Source of the DNA: Leptolyngbyaceae cyanobacterium
Lineage (GTDB): Bacteria; Cyanobacteriota; Cyanobacteriia; Phormidesmidales; Phormidesmidaceae
Reading direction: 5' to 3'
DNA: 64,000 nucleotides
Assembly: GCA_050331235.1 (NCBI GenBank)
Contig: JBHJHA010000060.1
Location: 1-64,000 of the forward strand
Below, piece after piece: positions 20,262 through 29,539 of this stretch. Numbering within the stretch: position 1 is the first letter of the stretch; every line of letters starts with the position of its first letter. A program made the translations under genes and the position numbers. The notes below the pieces were generated by a model that was not told the origin of the DNA, ran no database searches, and saw nothing but the letters and a program-made list of their open reading frames with translations.

Positions 20262-21446
20262 ATGATTCTCGTTTGGGGGCTAGGGGCGATCGCGCTACTG
20301 GTATTGGGTGTTTATAGCTGGCTGGAATGGCAGTATCGACAACGGGCGGGCAACCACCTCACCTTTGCAGCGGGCCAGTGGAATATTGAGCAATACGAGC
20401 CCACTCGATATCAGATTGTCGGCATTCCAGAGTTGATCAACCGCACCCCGGCATCGGAAATCATGGTGCCAGAGCTGTCGGCTGAAACGACCCTACTGGC
20501 TAAGGGCAGTGTGGCAGAGATTCAAGTCAATTTGACGATTACTCCCCAACATCCTGATGCGGAGCCGCGCTCAGACGGCTACTGGTTTGCCTACATTGTC
20601 AAGTTACGCAAGCGGACTCAGTTCAAGGTCACCGTCGATATCACTGGAGCTGACCTGCGATCGCTCAAAGCCTTGTGGGTGCGCGTTCACTACTTGACCT
20701 ATGGCCCTGGCGGTCGGTTGCCTAAAACCGGACATGTCATTGTCCCGCTGAAATTTCCTGACCCGGCGATGACGCCAGCCTGGCGGGAAACACCCCAGGC
20801 TCAAGTGCTACCAGTCCCCACCCATCTGCTTACGCACCTTGACACCCCCATCGAAGTCATCGAGCGGTATGTGTCTACGCACGCTACGCCTGGCGATATC
20901 ATCACCTTGGGAGAGACCCCGCTGGCCATTATGCAGGGGCGCTGGCGGCATCCCTCTACTGTTCAACCGGGATGGTTGGCTAAGCGGCTATGTTATTACT
21001 TCTTGCCGACCTCCAGCTTGGCCACTGCCTGTGGTCTCCAGACATTAGTCGATCTCGTTGGGGCTTGGCGGGTCTTGTTTGCCTTCGTCGGCGGAGCACT
21101 GAAAAAGGCAATTTTGCGCCAGGGCGGCGGATTTTATCAGCTAGCTGGCGAGCAAGCGCGGCTAATCGACGATGTTACAGGCACCCTACCGCCCTACGAT
21201 CAATTTATCGTGCTTGGGCCTGAGGACCCCCAGCAAGTCGTTGACGAAATTGAAAAGGCAACGGGTCTGGGCGCAGCGATCGTTGATGTAAATGATCTGA
21301 AGGCAGTCAAGATTGTTGCTGCTAGCCCCAAGGTCAACCGGGCGGTAGTCACTCAGGCCCTTATTGACAATCCGGCGGGTAATGCCGACGAACAAACGCC
21401 TCTAGTGTTGGTGAGACCCGGCGAAAAGCCACGGAGAAATTCTTAG
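20262..21446 (+). CDS. Membrane-anchored protein with a C-terminal F420-0:gamma-glutamyl ligase (CofE)-like domain
   Basis: N-terminal TM helix; LIDDVTGTLPPYDQFIVLGP, IVDVNDL, DNPAGNADEQTP. ATG at 20262. Confidence 0.7.
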   Translation: MILVWGLGAIALLVLGVYSWLEWQYRQRAGNHLTFAAGQWNIEQYEPTRYQIVGIPELINRTPASEIMVPELSAETTLLAKGSVAEIQVNLTITPQHPDAEPRSDGYWFAYIVKLRKRTQFKVTVDITGADLRSLKALWVRVHYLTYGPGGRLPKTGHVIVPLKFPDPAMTPAWRETPQAQVLPVPTHLLTHLDTPIEVIERYVSTHATPGDIITLGETPLAIMQGRWRHPSTVQPGWLAKRLCYYFLPTSSLATACGLQTLVDLVGAWRVLFAFVGGALKKAILRQGGGFYQLAGEQARLIDDVTGTLPPYDQFIVLGPEDPQQVVDEIEKATGLGAAIVDVNDLKAVKIVAASPKVNRAVVTQALIDNPAGNADEQTPLVLVRPGEKPRRNS

Positions 21447-21550
21447 GTGAGCGATGTCGTTCGTTTGCCAGTAAGGCGATTAGGACAGCGCGTTATGATG
21501 TTGAGCACAGGGCTCATTGAGTTCCCGGTTGATCACCATAGCTTTTGCAT

Positions 21551-22813
21551 ATGTCCCAGTCAGACTCGCAGAAATTAGACTTGCAGTTGCGCCCGCTTTA
21601 TCCTCGCGATATCGACGCTTTGGAGAGCTGGAGCGGTGAAAGCATCGCGATTCCTGATCTTGACTCTCGTTTGGCCGGGGTTGTGAGCTCTCAAAGCTTG
21701 GTGCAGCACCCTTTGGCCGCTTGGTGGCAGCGTGTGACGACCCTGACGCTACCCAACCAACCTCGCTGGTCGGGTTTTGTCGCCACGCTGAATGACAATC
21801 TCTGCGGCATGATTGAGATTTCTCCGTTTAATCGGACTCGGAGTACATGGCAGGTCAATCGCCTCGCGGTTAACCCTGAGGTTATACCACCGAGCACTGA
21901 GGGGCCCCTGGATAGCGTTGGCTCGCAGCTATTGCGCCATTGTTTTGAAGCTGTTTGGGAAGCAAGGATGTGGCTGGCGGAGGTAGACATTGAGCAAAAG
22001 TCTGCCTTAGCCTTATATCGACAAAATGGATTTCAGCCGCTGGCTCAGGTAACCTACTGGGAAATTAGTCCTGACATCCTAACCGACCAGGCCGCCCAGG
22101 AGCCTGACTTACCGAATTTGATGACGGTCAGTAATGCGGACGCGCAGTTGCTATATCAGCTGGATACAGCAGCCATGCCGCCCCTAGTCCGTCAGGTATT
22201 TGACCAACAAATTCAAGACTTCAAGGTGGAGCCACTCAAGGGCATAGCCGCAACAGCGCGCCAGTGGATGCATCGCGAAAATCGCATTCAGGGCTACATC
22301 TTCGAGCCACAGCGAAAGGCAGCGATTGGACGGTTTGATTTGGTTGCATGCCGCGGTAAGCATCGCTACCACTCGGCTGAGCTCACTGTGCACCCAGCTT
22401 ATACATGGCTATACCCTGAGTTGCTAAGCCATATGGCCGGTTTGCTGCAAAGCTATCCGGCTATGCCACTGCGGGTCACTTCTCGAGACTATCAACCTGA
22501 GCGCGAAGAATTTTTGTTAAAAATCCAAGCGAATCCGGTGGAGCGAACACTTATGCTTTCGCGCTCGGTTTGGCACAAGGTGAGAGAGGCCAAACCAGCG
22601 GCCTTGGAAGGATTACAGCTGCCCGAGGTATTAGCTGGATTGCAGCCCGCTGGTAAGCCTGTCCCGGGCCGCATGTCGTGGCAGGCTGAGATAGATGATC
22701 AGAGCCCGTCACGATCGCCCTCAACGCAACCACTTAATCGCTACGAATCTGGCGATCGCGGCTCGGCCCATCAGCGGTCAAAGCCTGATAATCTATCGGG
22801 ACAATCTGGTTAA
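21551..22813 (+). CDS. GNAT-family N-acetyltransferase (two-domain, cyanobacterial)
   Basis: VGSQLLRHC and ALALYRQNGFQ acetyl-CoA-binding motifs; sits upstream of ruvX. Confidence 0.8.
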   Translation: MSQSDSQKLDLQLRPLYPRDIDALESWSGESIAIPDLDSRLAGVVSSQSLVQHPLAAWWQRVTTLTLPNQPRWSGFVATLNDNLCGMIEISPFNRTRSTWQVNRLAVNPEVIPPSTEGPLDSVGSQLLRHCFEAVWEARMWLAEVDIEQKSALALYRQNGFQPLAQVTYWEISPDILTDQAAQEPDLPNLMTVSNADAQLLYQLDTAAMPPLVRQVFDQQIQDFKVEPLKGIAATARQWMHRENRIQGYIFEPQRKAAIGRFDLVACRGKHRYHSAELTVHPAYTWLYPELLSHMAGLLQSYPAMPLRVTSRDYQPEREEFLLKIQANPVERTLMLSRSVWHKVREAKPAALEGLQLPEVLAGLQPAGKPVPGRMSWQAEIDDQSPSRSPSTQPLNRYESGDRGSAHQRSKPDNLSGQSG

Positions 22814-22840
22814 GACGCCGACTGACATCGCGGGAAGCAA

Positions 22841-23329
22841 GTGGCTAAAGAATACGTTTCAGCGCTAGCTCTGGATATTGGCCGTAAACGCATTGGTGTA
22901 GCGGGATGCGATCGCCTCGGCATGTTGGTGACTGAGCTGCCCACCCTACAAAATCGATCGTTTACTACCACCGTGGAAGCGCTAAACTCTCTAGTTCAGC
23001 AGCGGCAAGTCAATATTTTGATAGTCGGCCTACCTTACACGTTGGGTGGAGAACTGGGTCGGCAGGCTCAATGGATCAAATCTTTTGCAGAAAAGTTGTC
23101 GGCGGTGCTCCAATTACCCGTAGAGTATGTAGATGAGCGGTTGACCTCCTTTCAAGCTGAACAGATGTTACAGGCTGAAGGGGTGACTCTGTCTCGTCGA
23201 AACAAGGAACTGATTGATCAAAAGGCCGCCGCCATTATTTTGCAGCAATGGCTTGACCAGCGAGCAAGGCAGCTGCCAACTAACGTTCAAGTTTCCTCTA
23301 CTGAGCCCGTCACTGGAGACCCGGAATGA
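22841..23329 (+). CDS. ruvX: YqgF/RuvX pre-16S rRNA nuclease
   Basis: ALDIGRKRIGVA, VGLP, DERLTS, IDQKAAAIILQQWL. Confidence 0.92.
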   Translation: MAKEYVSALALDIGRKRIGVAGCDRLGMLVTELPTLQNRSFTTTVEALNSLVQQRQVNILIVGLPYTLGGELGRQAQWIKSFAEKLSAVLQLPVEYVDERLTSFQAEQMLQAEGVTLSRRNKELIDQKAAAIILQQWLDQRARQLPTNVQVSSTEPVTGDPE

Positions 23330-23898
23330 CCCCTACGGATTCTAATTACGATCAAGATTTGCCGACCTTGACGATTAAAGACGAAATGGGTCGTGCTTTA
23401 CTGTGCCAAATAGAGCAGACATTTGAGATTGAAGGGCGTCAGTATGCGCTATTGTTGCCGTTGGATACGCCTGTAGAGATTTTTGCCTGGGAAGAAGATG
23501 AGTCTGGCGAAACGGACTCTTTGGTTGATGTCGAAGAAAACGATATTGAGCAGCTCCTACCAACCGCGCGAGCGGTTTTGGCCGAACATGACTTGACTCT
23601 GCAGCGAACGGCTGTGACTCTGAGCGTCGCCGGTGACATTCCAGAGCCCCAAGAAGAAGATTGCTTTACGTTAGAGCTAGGGGACCTCGACGAAGATGGG
23701 GAAACCGATACCGAGGAGTTTCAGACCTTGGCAACGTTTTTCCATAACGACATGGAATACACTATCTGTACTCCTATCGATCCATTGTTGCTCTTTGCTG
23801 AAGTCCCGGGAAAGGGTGAGGCGCGGATGATTCCCCCCGACGAGTTTGAGCGACTCCGGCCAGAGATTGAATCGACTCTCTTTGAGATATTGGAATAA
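23326..23898 (+). CDS. Acidic DUF3727/DUF1292-like protein
   Basis: Highly acidic; YALLLPLD, ARAVLAEHDLTLQRTA, PIDPLLLFA; ATGA overlap with ruvX. Confidence 0.75.
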   Translation: MTPTDSNYDQDLPTLTIKDEMGRALLCQIEQTFEIEGRQYALLLPLDTPVEIFAWEEDESGETDSLVDVEENDIEQLLPTARAVLAEHDLTLQRTAVTLSVAGDIPEPQEEDCFTLELGDLDEDGETDTEEFQTLATFFHNDMEYTICTPIDPLLLFAEVPGKGEARMIPPDEFERLRPEIESTLFEILE

Positions 23899-24097
23899 TC
23901 GCTGGGATGTGGGCGAGACCCGATGCCCACTAACACGGCTTCTGAAAAATTGAGATCATATAGGCAAGTTGTCGGCGCGATTGCCCTTTGGTGGCTAGGT
24001 CGGCACATTTGAGCCGATTGGGTATCGTGACCTATGCCGGAAACGGCTAGAATAACCGTCGTTGGCATATGTTTTGCTCTGCTATCGGCAATTTTTC

Positions 24098-25183
24098 ATG
24101 GCTTCTCGACTTCCCAGACTGTTGTTTTTCTTTCTACTACTGCCGGTGGCCTTAGGCATTGCAGGCTGGCAAGGATGGGCCTGGTGGAGTTGGGCGACAG
24201 CACCCGTAGCCGATGCCTCGGCCGAGGGAGCCTCAACGGGCGATGTGACATCCCCAGCACCATCGGTGCAAATTCAAATTCCCCAGGGAACCTCCGGTCA
24301 ACAAATTGGGCGTGATTTAGAAGCGGCAGGGCTTATTCGTTCCCATGTTGCTTGGAATCTTTGGAGTCGTTGGCAGCGATCGCGACAGGAAGCGGGATAT
24401 CAAGCGGGCACCTACGCCCTATCGCCCACCCAATCCTTACAAGATATTGCTGCTCAGATTCGCTCCGGGGAGGTTTTGCAAACCTCGTTTACGATTCCAG
24501 AGGGGTGGACCCGGGAACAAATGGCTGCAGCCTTCGAAGAGCGCGGATTCTTCGCCGCTGCGGATTTCTTGGCCGTCACTCAACAGTTACCGAGTGATCG
24601 CTTTCCCTGGCTGCCACAGGAGTTACCCCATCTAGAAGGCTTTTTGTATCCCGATACGTATCTCCTACCAGCTGAGTCCGTTACTCCAGAAGACATTCGC
24701 GATCAAATGCTGGAACGATTTGAGACCGTGGCTCTGCCCATTTACCAGCAGGGCAATTCCACCTTTTCACTGCTGGAGTGGGTTACGTTAGCCAGCATTG
24801 TGGAGCGAGAAGCGGTCATTCCCGAAGAACGAACCGAGATTGCCGCTGTGTTTAACCGACGACTCGAAGAATCGATTCCTTTAGGGGCTGATCCCACGGT
24901 CGAATATGGTCTTGGAGTAACACAGACGCCTGAGCAACCGCTGACACTGGCCCAAGTCAACACGCCATCACCTTACAATACTTATGTAAATGCGGGTTTG
25001 CCCCCAACTCCCATTGCCAGCCCCGGTTTACCAAGTTTAGAAGCCAGTTTAGATCCGGCGGCAACGGAATATCTATATTTCGTTGCTCGGTACGATGGTA
25101 CGCACGTTTTTAGCCGCACTCTGGCAGAGCACGAAGCGGCACAGAGGCGCATTCGCGATGCGATTGATGGTACAACACCGTAG
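24098..25183 (+). CDS. mltG: Endolytic transglycosylase MltG
   Basis: N-terminal TM, TIPEG, LEGFLYPDTY, LASIVEREA, SPYNTY..GLPPTPIASPG, YLYFV. Confidence 0.95.
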   Translation: MASRLPRLLFFFLLLPVALGIAGWQGWAWWSWATAPVADASAEGASTGDVTSPAPSVQIQIPQGTSGQQIGRDLEAAGLIRSHVAWNLWSRWQRSRQEAGYQAGTYALSPTQSLQDIAAQIRSGEVLQTSFTIPEGWTREQMAAAFEERGFFAAADFLAVTQQLPSDRFPWLPQELPHLEGFLYPDTYLLPAESVTPEDIRDQMLERFETVALPIYQQGNSTFSLLEWVTLASIVEREAVIPEERTEIAAVFNRRLEESIPLGADPTVEYGLGVTQTPEQPLTLAQVNTPSPYNTYVNAGLPPTPIASPGLPSLEASLDPAATEYLYFVARYDGTHVFSRTLAEHEAAQRRIRDAIDGTTP

Positions 25184-25305
25184 CTTCTAGGTGGCTAGAG
25201 ACATGGTCAGGCTGGCCCCTTAGGCCCTCAGTTCTGGGGCAGGAACCATATCGGTAGCGCCAATCGAGTAGACTAAATGGCTCATGCCCATCAATCTACG
25301 CTTCT

Positions 25306-25812
25306 ATGTGCAGCCATAAATTGCAACCCGATCTGGTCCTAGGTCAGCCGGTCATCGGCCTAACCCTTGACCTCATTCAGCAATATCAGATTCAAGGTCT
25401 AATTTTAGACGTTGATGAAACGTTAGTGCCATTTCGGGAGGCTGACACCACAGAGGAAGTGAAAGTCTGGTTTGCCGCCCTCAACGCGGCAGTGCCGATC
25501 TGGTTGGTCAGCAACAACTTAAATGAACCACGCATCCGTCGCATTGCCGAAAGCCTTTCAGTGCCTTATATCACTGGTGCACGCAAACCTTCGCGGCGGC
25601 AGCTCAAGAAAGCGGCCGAGGCAATGCAACTACCGGTAGAACACATTGCGATGGTGGGCGATCGCCTGTTTACAGATGTCTTGGCGGGCAATCGCCTGGG
25701 CATGTTTACTATTTTGGTCGAACCGATGGTCTACCCTATGGGCAAACCAGGGAAATATGTACTACGGTCTTTTGAGGTATGGATTTCGCAACTTTTAGGC
25801 GTTTCTTTGTGA
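25306..25812 (+). CDS. yqeG: YqeG-family HAD IIIA phosphatase
   Basis: DVDETL, VSNN, ARKP, GDRLFTDVLAGNRLG. Confidence 0.9.
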   Translation: MCSHKLQPDLVLGQPVIGLTLDLIQQYQIQGLILDVDETLVPFREADTTEEVKVWFAALNAAVPIWLVSNNLNEPRIRRIAESLSVPYITGARKPSRRQLKKAAEAMQLPVEHIAMVGDRLFTDVLAGNRLGMFTILVEPMVYPMGKPGKYVLRSFEVWISQLLGVSL

Positions 25813-25988
25813 ATCCATGAAGTCCAGCCACTTCACGGTTCGCAATGTAACGCAGGAAAAATTACCAACCCAGAAATATAAAGACATTATTATAAAACAA
25901 CTGATACGAATCAACTTGGGAGAGCATAGCAATCATTAAAAGGAGTCAAGCACTAATAAAGACTCTCATTATAAAAAGCGGAAACGCT

Positions 25989-26027
25989 GAGGCATCGTCT
26001 AACGGTTGAGGCGATGCCTCTATTTTT
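25989..26027 (+). terminator. Rho-independent terminator
   Basis: GAGGCATCGTCT / AGGCGATGCCTC 12-bp stem (one G-U pair) followed by TATTTTT. Confidence 0.8.
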
Positions 26028-26241
26028 GTGGCGTACTGATGGTTGAGAATCTTTGACGCTGCTGTGTACCAGAGCTCTAGGCTACATGTCGCTTCATTGC
26101 CGCATGGCAAAAAGTTGGTGATTATATCGGGCAAACTTACGGCGGAGTTTGCATTTGCATGGTGGGAAAGCTACTGGCTCTACAATGCATCAATAATTGA
26201 GGTAAGTTGGGTCGAGTTGCCGGTCCCGTGGAGAGCTTACG

Positions 26242-27027
26242 ATGACAACTTGGCGATGGCACCTGGATAGCCAGCATCCTTATCTGACGACAACGCTACT
26301 CGATCAGTGGCCCCATGGCTTCTTTACCCGAAAGTCTTGGCCGGCCGTGCCTGAAGACTTAATATCTCGCTTAGCCACCAACGCTCAAGTCTATCGGGCC
26401 AAGCAGGTACACGGTAACCGGATCGTCTCAGCTCAGAACTGGGCAATCCATTCACCAACTTCGCCATAGCCGGAAGCCGACGCCGTGATGACCTGTGGTC
26501 CTGAGCAGGCTGCTTGGGTCTGTACAGCGGACTGTACACCGGTCTTGCTGGCCGATGTTGATACAGGGCAAGTGGCAGCTGTACATGCGGGATGGCGCGG
26601 CTCTGCGTTGCGGATTGTGCCTAAAACCATCGCCAAAATGCAGGCTCAAGGCAGCGAGCTAAGCCACTTACGCATCGCTCTAGGACCGGCTGTGGCAGGC
26701 GAGGTATACCAGGTCTCGACCCATGTCGCGGCAGAAGTCGGCCGCTCCCTAGTCAACACAATCAGCGATTTGGCAAAGAAGACTGATGATGAGTTGGTGA
26801 CCGAGCTCCAGGCTTTTGAGTGCCCACCGGTGCTGCCTGACGTGACCCCAGGACGCGTTCGGCTGGATGTTCGGCGGGTCAACGTTCTTCAGGTACAGGC
26901 ATTGGGCATTCAAGCTGAGCAAATTGCGATCGCGCCCCACTGCACATATCAAGAGCCGGAGACGTTCTTTTCCTATCGCCGCACCCACGAAAAAAAGGTG
27001 CAGTGGTCTGGCATTGTTAATTGCTGA
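26242..27027 (+). pseudogene. pgeF: PgeF/YfiH laccase-domain protein, interrupted by one in-frame TAG at 26467-26469
   Basis: Single frame: ...HGFFTR...QVHG...SPTSP*PEADAVMT...TADCTPVL..VHAGWRG...FFSYRR. The stop may be a sequencing error. Confidence 0.8.
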
Positions 27028-29113
27028 CTTCTTCCGGGGGGGAGTCAGGGGAAGCCAAATTGTTAGGTGCTGGTGAGGCTTGGCCGTTGGTCGCGGCTTC
27101 GGTAGCGTGGCCGTTTTTTTCAGAACTTTCAGTGGCCGGTGTGGGCGTTGCCGCCGGATCGGGGGCCGGGGCCTTGTCGATGACTTTGGCAGGCAAAGGA
27201 ATATCTTCGACGGTGGGCAGCGTTTCCACATTCAGCTTCGTTGGCCGACTGCCTCCAGATAGGCGCTGCAATAGCTTAGGCTTGGGGTCATGGAGTAGAT
27301 AAACAATGCGATCGCCCGCTTTCCAGTTATCGTCCTCAGTTAGAGAAACCCACATCCGATTATTGCGCTTTACCAATAGCGGGATCAGCTCACCACTGCG
27401 GATCAAGGCCCGGAGGTGAGCCCGCTGCATCAGCGACCCTTCTGATCGCAAGGCAGTTTCTCCCAGTCGAACGGCCCCTTCGGTAAGATGTCCATTCCAT
27501 AACTTCAAGGCAATAGTCGGAAATAACGCCTTTGCGGTTGCCGATTTTTGGGTGCTGTTGCTCTTTTTCGCCGCGGATTTTTTCGCGTTTTTTTCCTTCG
27601 CGAGGTCTTCTTTAGGAACGACCGAGACAATGCGCGGCGGTTGAAATTCCTCTTGGGCTTGCTGAGCAACAACCGCATTGATATCACCGTTGTTGGTGAT
27701 GGTTAACAGCGTTGCAGCTGCGGCGATGCCAGCTTCTTCTAACACCTCGGCATCAAGGGCGCTGTTGACAAACACCGGTAGATTTTCCTGTTTGGCCGGC
27801 TTGCAGGCTTCTGGATTAGTATCAATCAGAGCGACGGATTCACCATTTTCCTGAAAGAGCCGCGCAATGAGAAGACTGAGCGGATTGCAGCCCACCACGA
27901 CTAAGCCGCTGCCCTCTTTTTGACCAGCCAAGCCTAATCCCCTTGCAAGCAGGCTAGCGGTGAGGCCTTGGGCTAATACGGTAATGATAATTGTCAGAAA
28001 CACGAGCGCTTTAATGGCATCTCCACCACTGATGCCGCGATCGGTTAACAAAATGGCAAACAGAGACGCGACCGAGGCGGAAACGATACCCCGGGGTGCA
28101 ATCCAACTAAGGAAGGCTTTTTGCCGCCAGTTGAGATCACTTGAAGCGGTGCAAACAGCTATGTTGACAGGTCTCACCACCAACATAAGAACGGCTACCG
28201 TCAGTACGGCTCCACGCCCCAAGGCAAAGATACTGGCAATGGAGAGATCCGCTGCCAACAAGATAAACAGGACAGACACCGCCAAAATGGTGAGCTGTCC
28301 CTTAAACCGACGCAGTAACCGTTCATCGGGAATGGACAAAGCCCGTAGTACGATACCAGCGACGACGGCAGCCATTAAACCTGATTCACCCTGTAATTCT
28401 TGGGCAACGCCGTACAGGCCCCACAGGCTAGCCAGCACAACGAGATTCCGCAATTCTTCAGACAAAAAGTCGGTCTGCTTGAGGAAGATGCCTAGCAAAG
28501 CCCCCCCAATACTCCCAAGAATAGCGCCGGTGCCCAACCGCACAGTTAACCCTGTGATGATGAGCAGCGGATCAGCATCTCCGTTTAAAATAATTTCTAA
28601 GACGACAACCGCCAGGATAGCCCCCACGGGGTCAATGAGCACCCCTTCCCCTTCCAGTAGGGTAGCGACTTTGCGATCAACGGATACCTGTCTGAGTAGG
28701 GGATTGATCACGGTTGGCCCAGTTACTACAACCAAGGAGGCGTAGAGAAAGGCCAGGGACCACGGAAACTCACCGAGCCAATGAGCCTCCATGTCACCTC
28801 CTAGCAGTGTGTCAAAAACCCCGGTGGTGACCAAATTGCGGAGACTATTGGATACTTTGTCGAGTTCTTTGAGCTCTAAGCTCAGCCCTCCCTCAAACAG
28901 GATTAGGGCAACACTAAGAGAGACTAAGACCTCAAGGCCGACGCCCAACTCGTTTGGACGCACCAAGCCCAAACCATCAGCCCCGAGGCCGATGCCAAAC
29001 AGTAGCAGGAAGATAATACTCGGGACCTTGAGATACTCTCCCAAGACCTGTGCCCCAATGCCCGCCAGCACAGTAAGCACAATTTGAATCGTGATCTCAA
29101 GTGAGTTATCCAT
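27017..29113 (-). CDS. CPA1 cation:proton antiporter (NhaP-like) with TrkA-N/RCK domain
   Basis: About 12 TM helices, ILFEGG, TGPTVI, LEGEGVLIDP, APRGIVSA, then VVVGCNP..ALIDTN. Pro/Ala-rich tail. Confidence 0.88.
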   Translation of the reverse strand: MDNSLEITIQIVLTVLAGIGAQVLGEYLKVPSIIFLLLFGIGLGADGLGLVRPNELGVGLEVLVSLSVALILFEGGLSLELKELDKVSNSLRNLVTTGVFDTLLGGDMEAHWLGEFPWSLAFLYASLVVVTGPTVINPLLRQVSVDRKVATLLEGEGVLIDPVGAILAVVVLEIILNGDADPLLIITGLTVRLGTGAILGSIGGALLGIFLKQTDFLSEELRNLVVLASLWGLYGVAQELQGESGLMAAVVAGIVLRALSIPDERLLRRFKGQLTILAVSVLFILLAADLSIASIFALGRGAVLTVAVLMLVVRPVNIAVCTASSDLNWRQKAFLSWIAPRGIVSASVASLFAILLTDRGISGGDAIKALVFLTIIITVLAQGLTASLLARGLGLAGQKEGSGLVVVGCNPLSLLIARLFQENGESVALIDTNPEACKPAKQENLPVFVNSALDAEVLEEAGIAAAATLLTITNNGDINAVVAQQAQEEFQPPRIVSVVPKEDLAKEKNAKKSAAKKSNSTQKSATAKALFPTIALKLWNGHLTEGAVRLGETALRSEGSLMQRAHLRALIRSGELIPLLVKRNNRMWVSLTEDDNWKAGDRIVYLLHDPKPKLLQRLSGGSRPTKLNVETLPTVEDIPLPAKVIDKAPAPDPAATPTPATESSEKNGHATEAATNGQASPAPNNLASPDSPPEEVSN

Positions 29114-29539
29114 AATCGCGGCGCTGATTTGGCAGCAGAATCATTAGATTGGGAAATTCTGCCGGGAATCAATCATGCCTCCTGAAACCAGCGACAGGCT
29201 GTACAGAAAACTCAGACGTACTTGATATCTGATTAAAGGAGAATCCACAAGCTAAATCCATAGTCATCAAGGGCAACCAACTAGCAACAAAGTCGTCGCT
29301 GAATATCGCTTACAGTTTACTGCCCCAAAGATTACGGCGCATCTTTTGCCGTGTGGATAAGAGCCGGCGAATATCTTTCCAACTGGCATCAAAATGCTAA
29401 TTTACTTAGGATAACACCTGATCTGAATTGGTCTCTGGAGTTGCCGGCGTGAGGCCGCGCCAGCCCAGCCTGTTGCCATGACCGCTCCCTTCAGAGTTAA
29501 GTCATAATAGATAGTCTCAGTTATAGATTTTTTTCAGTT

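Noticed and set aside
11536..26469. Genome-wide TAG recoding (amber reassignment or pyrrolysine) suggested by two in-frame TAGs
   Set aside because: Many genes here end at TAG at their expected C-terminus (ccmK1, ccmM, gyrB, acpP, mltG). The two sites imply different amino acids, no pyl genes or suppressor tRNA are seen, and independent signs of base errors exist.
27960..28745. Long antisense ORFs (e.g. 261 aa here, 210 aa at 51965-52597, 194 aa at 7022-7606, 183 aa at 801-1352)
   Set aside because: Shadow frames of well-supported genes on the opposite strand, with no independent motifs.
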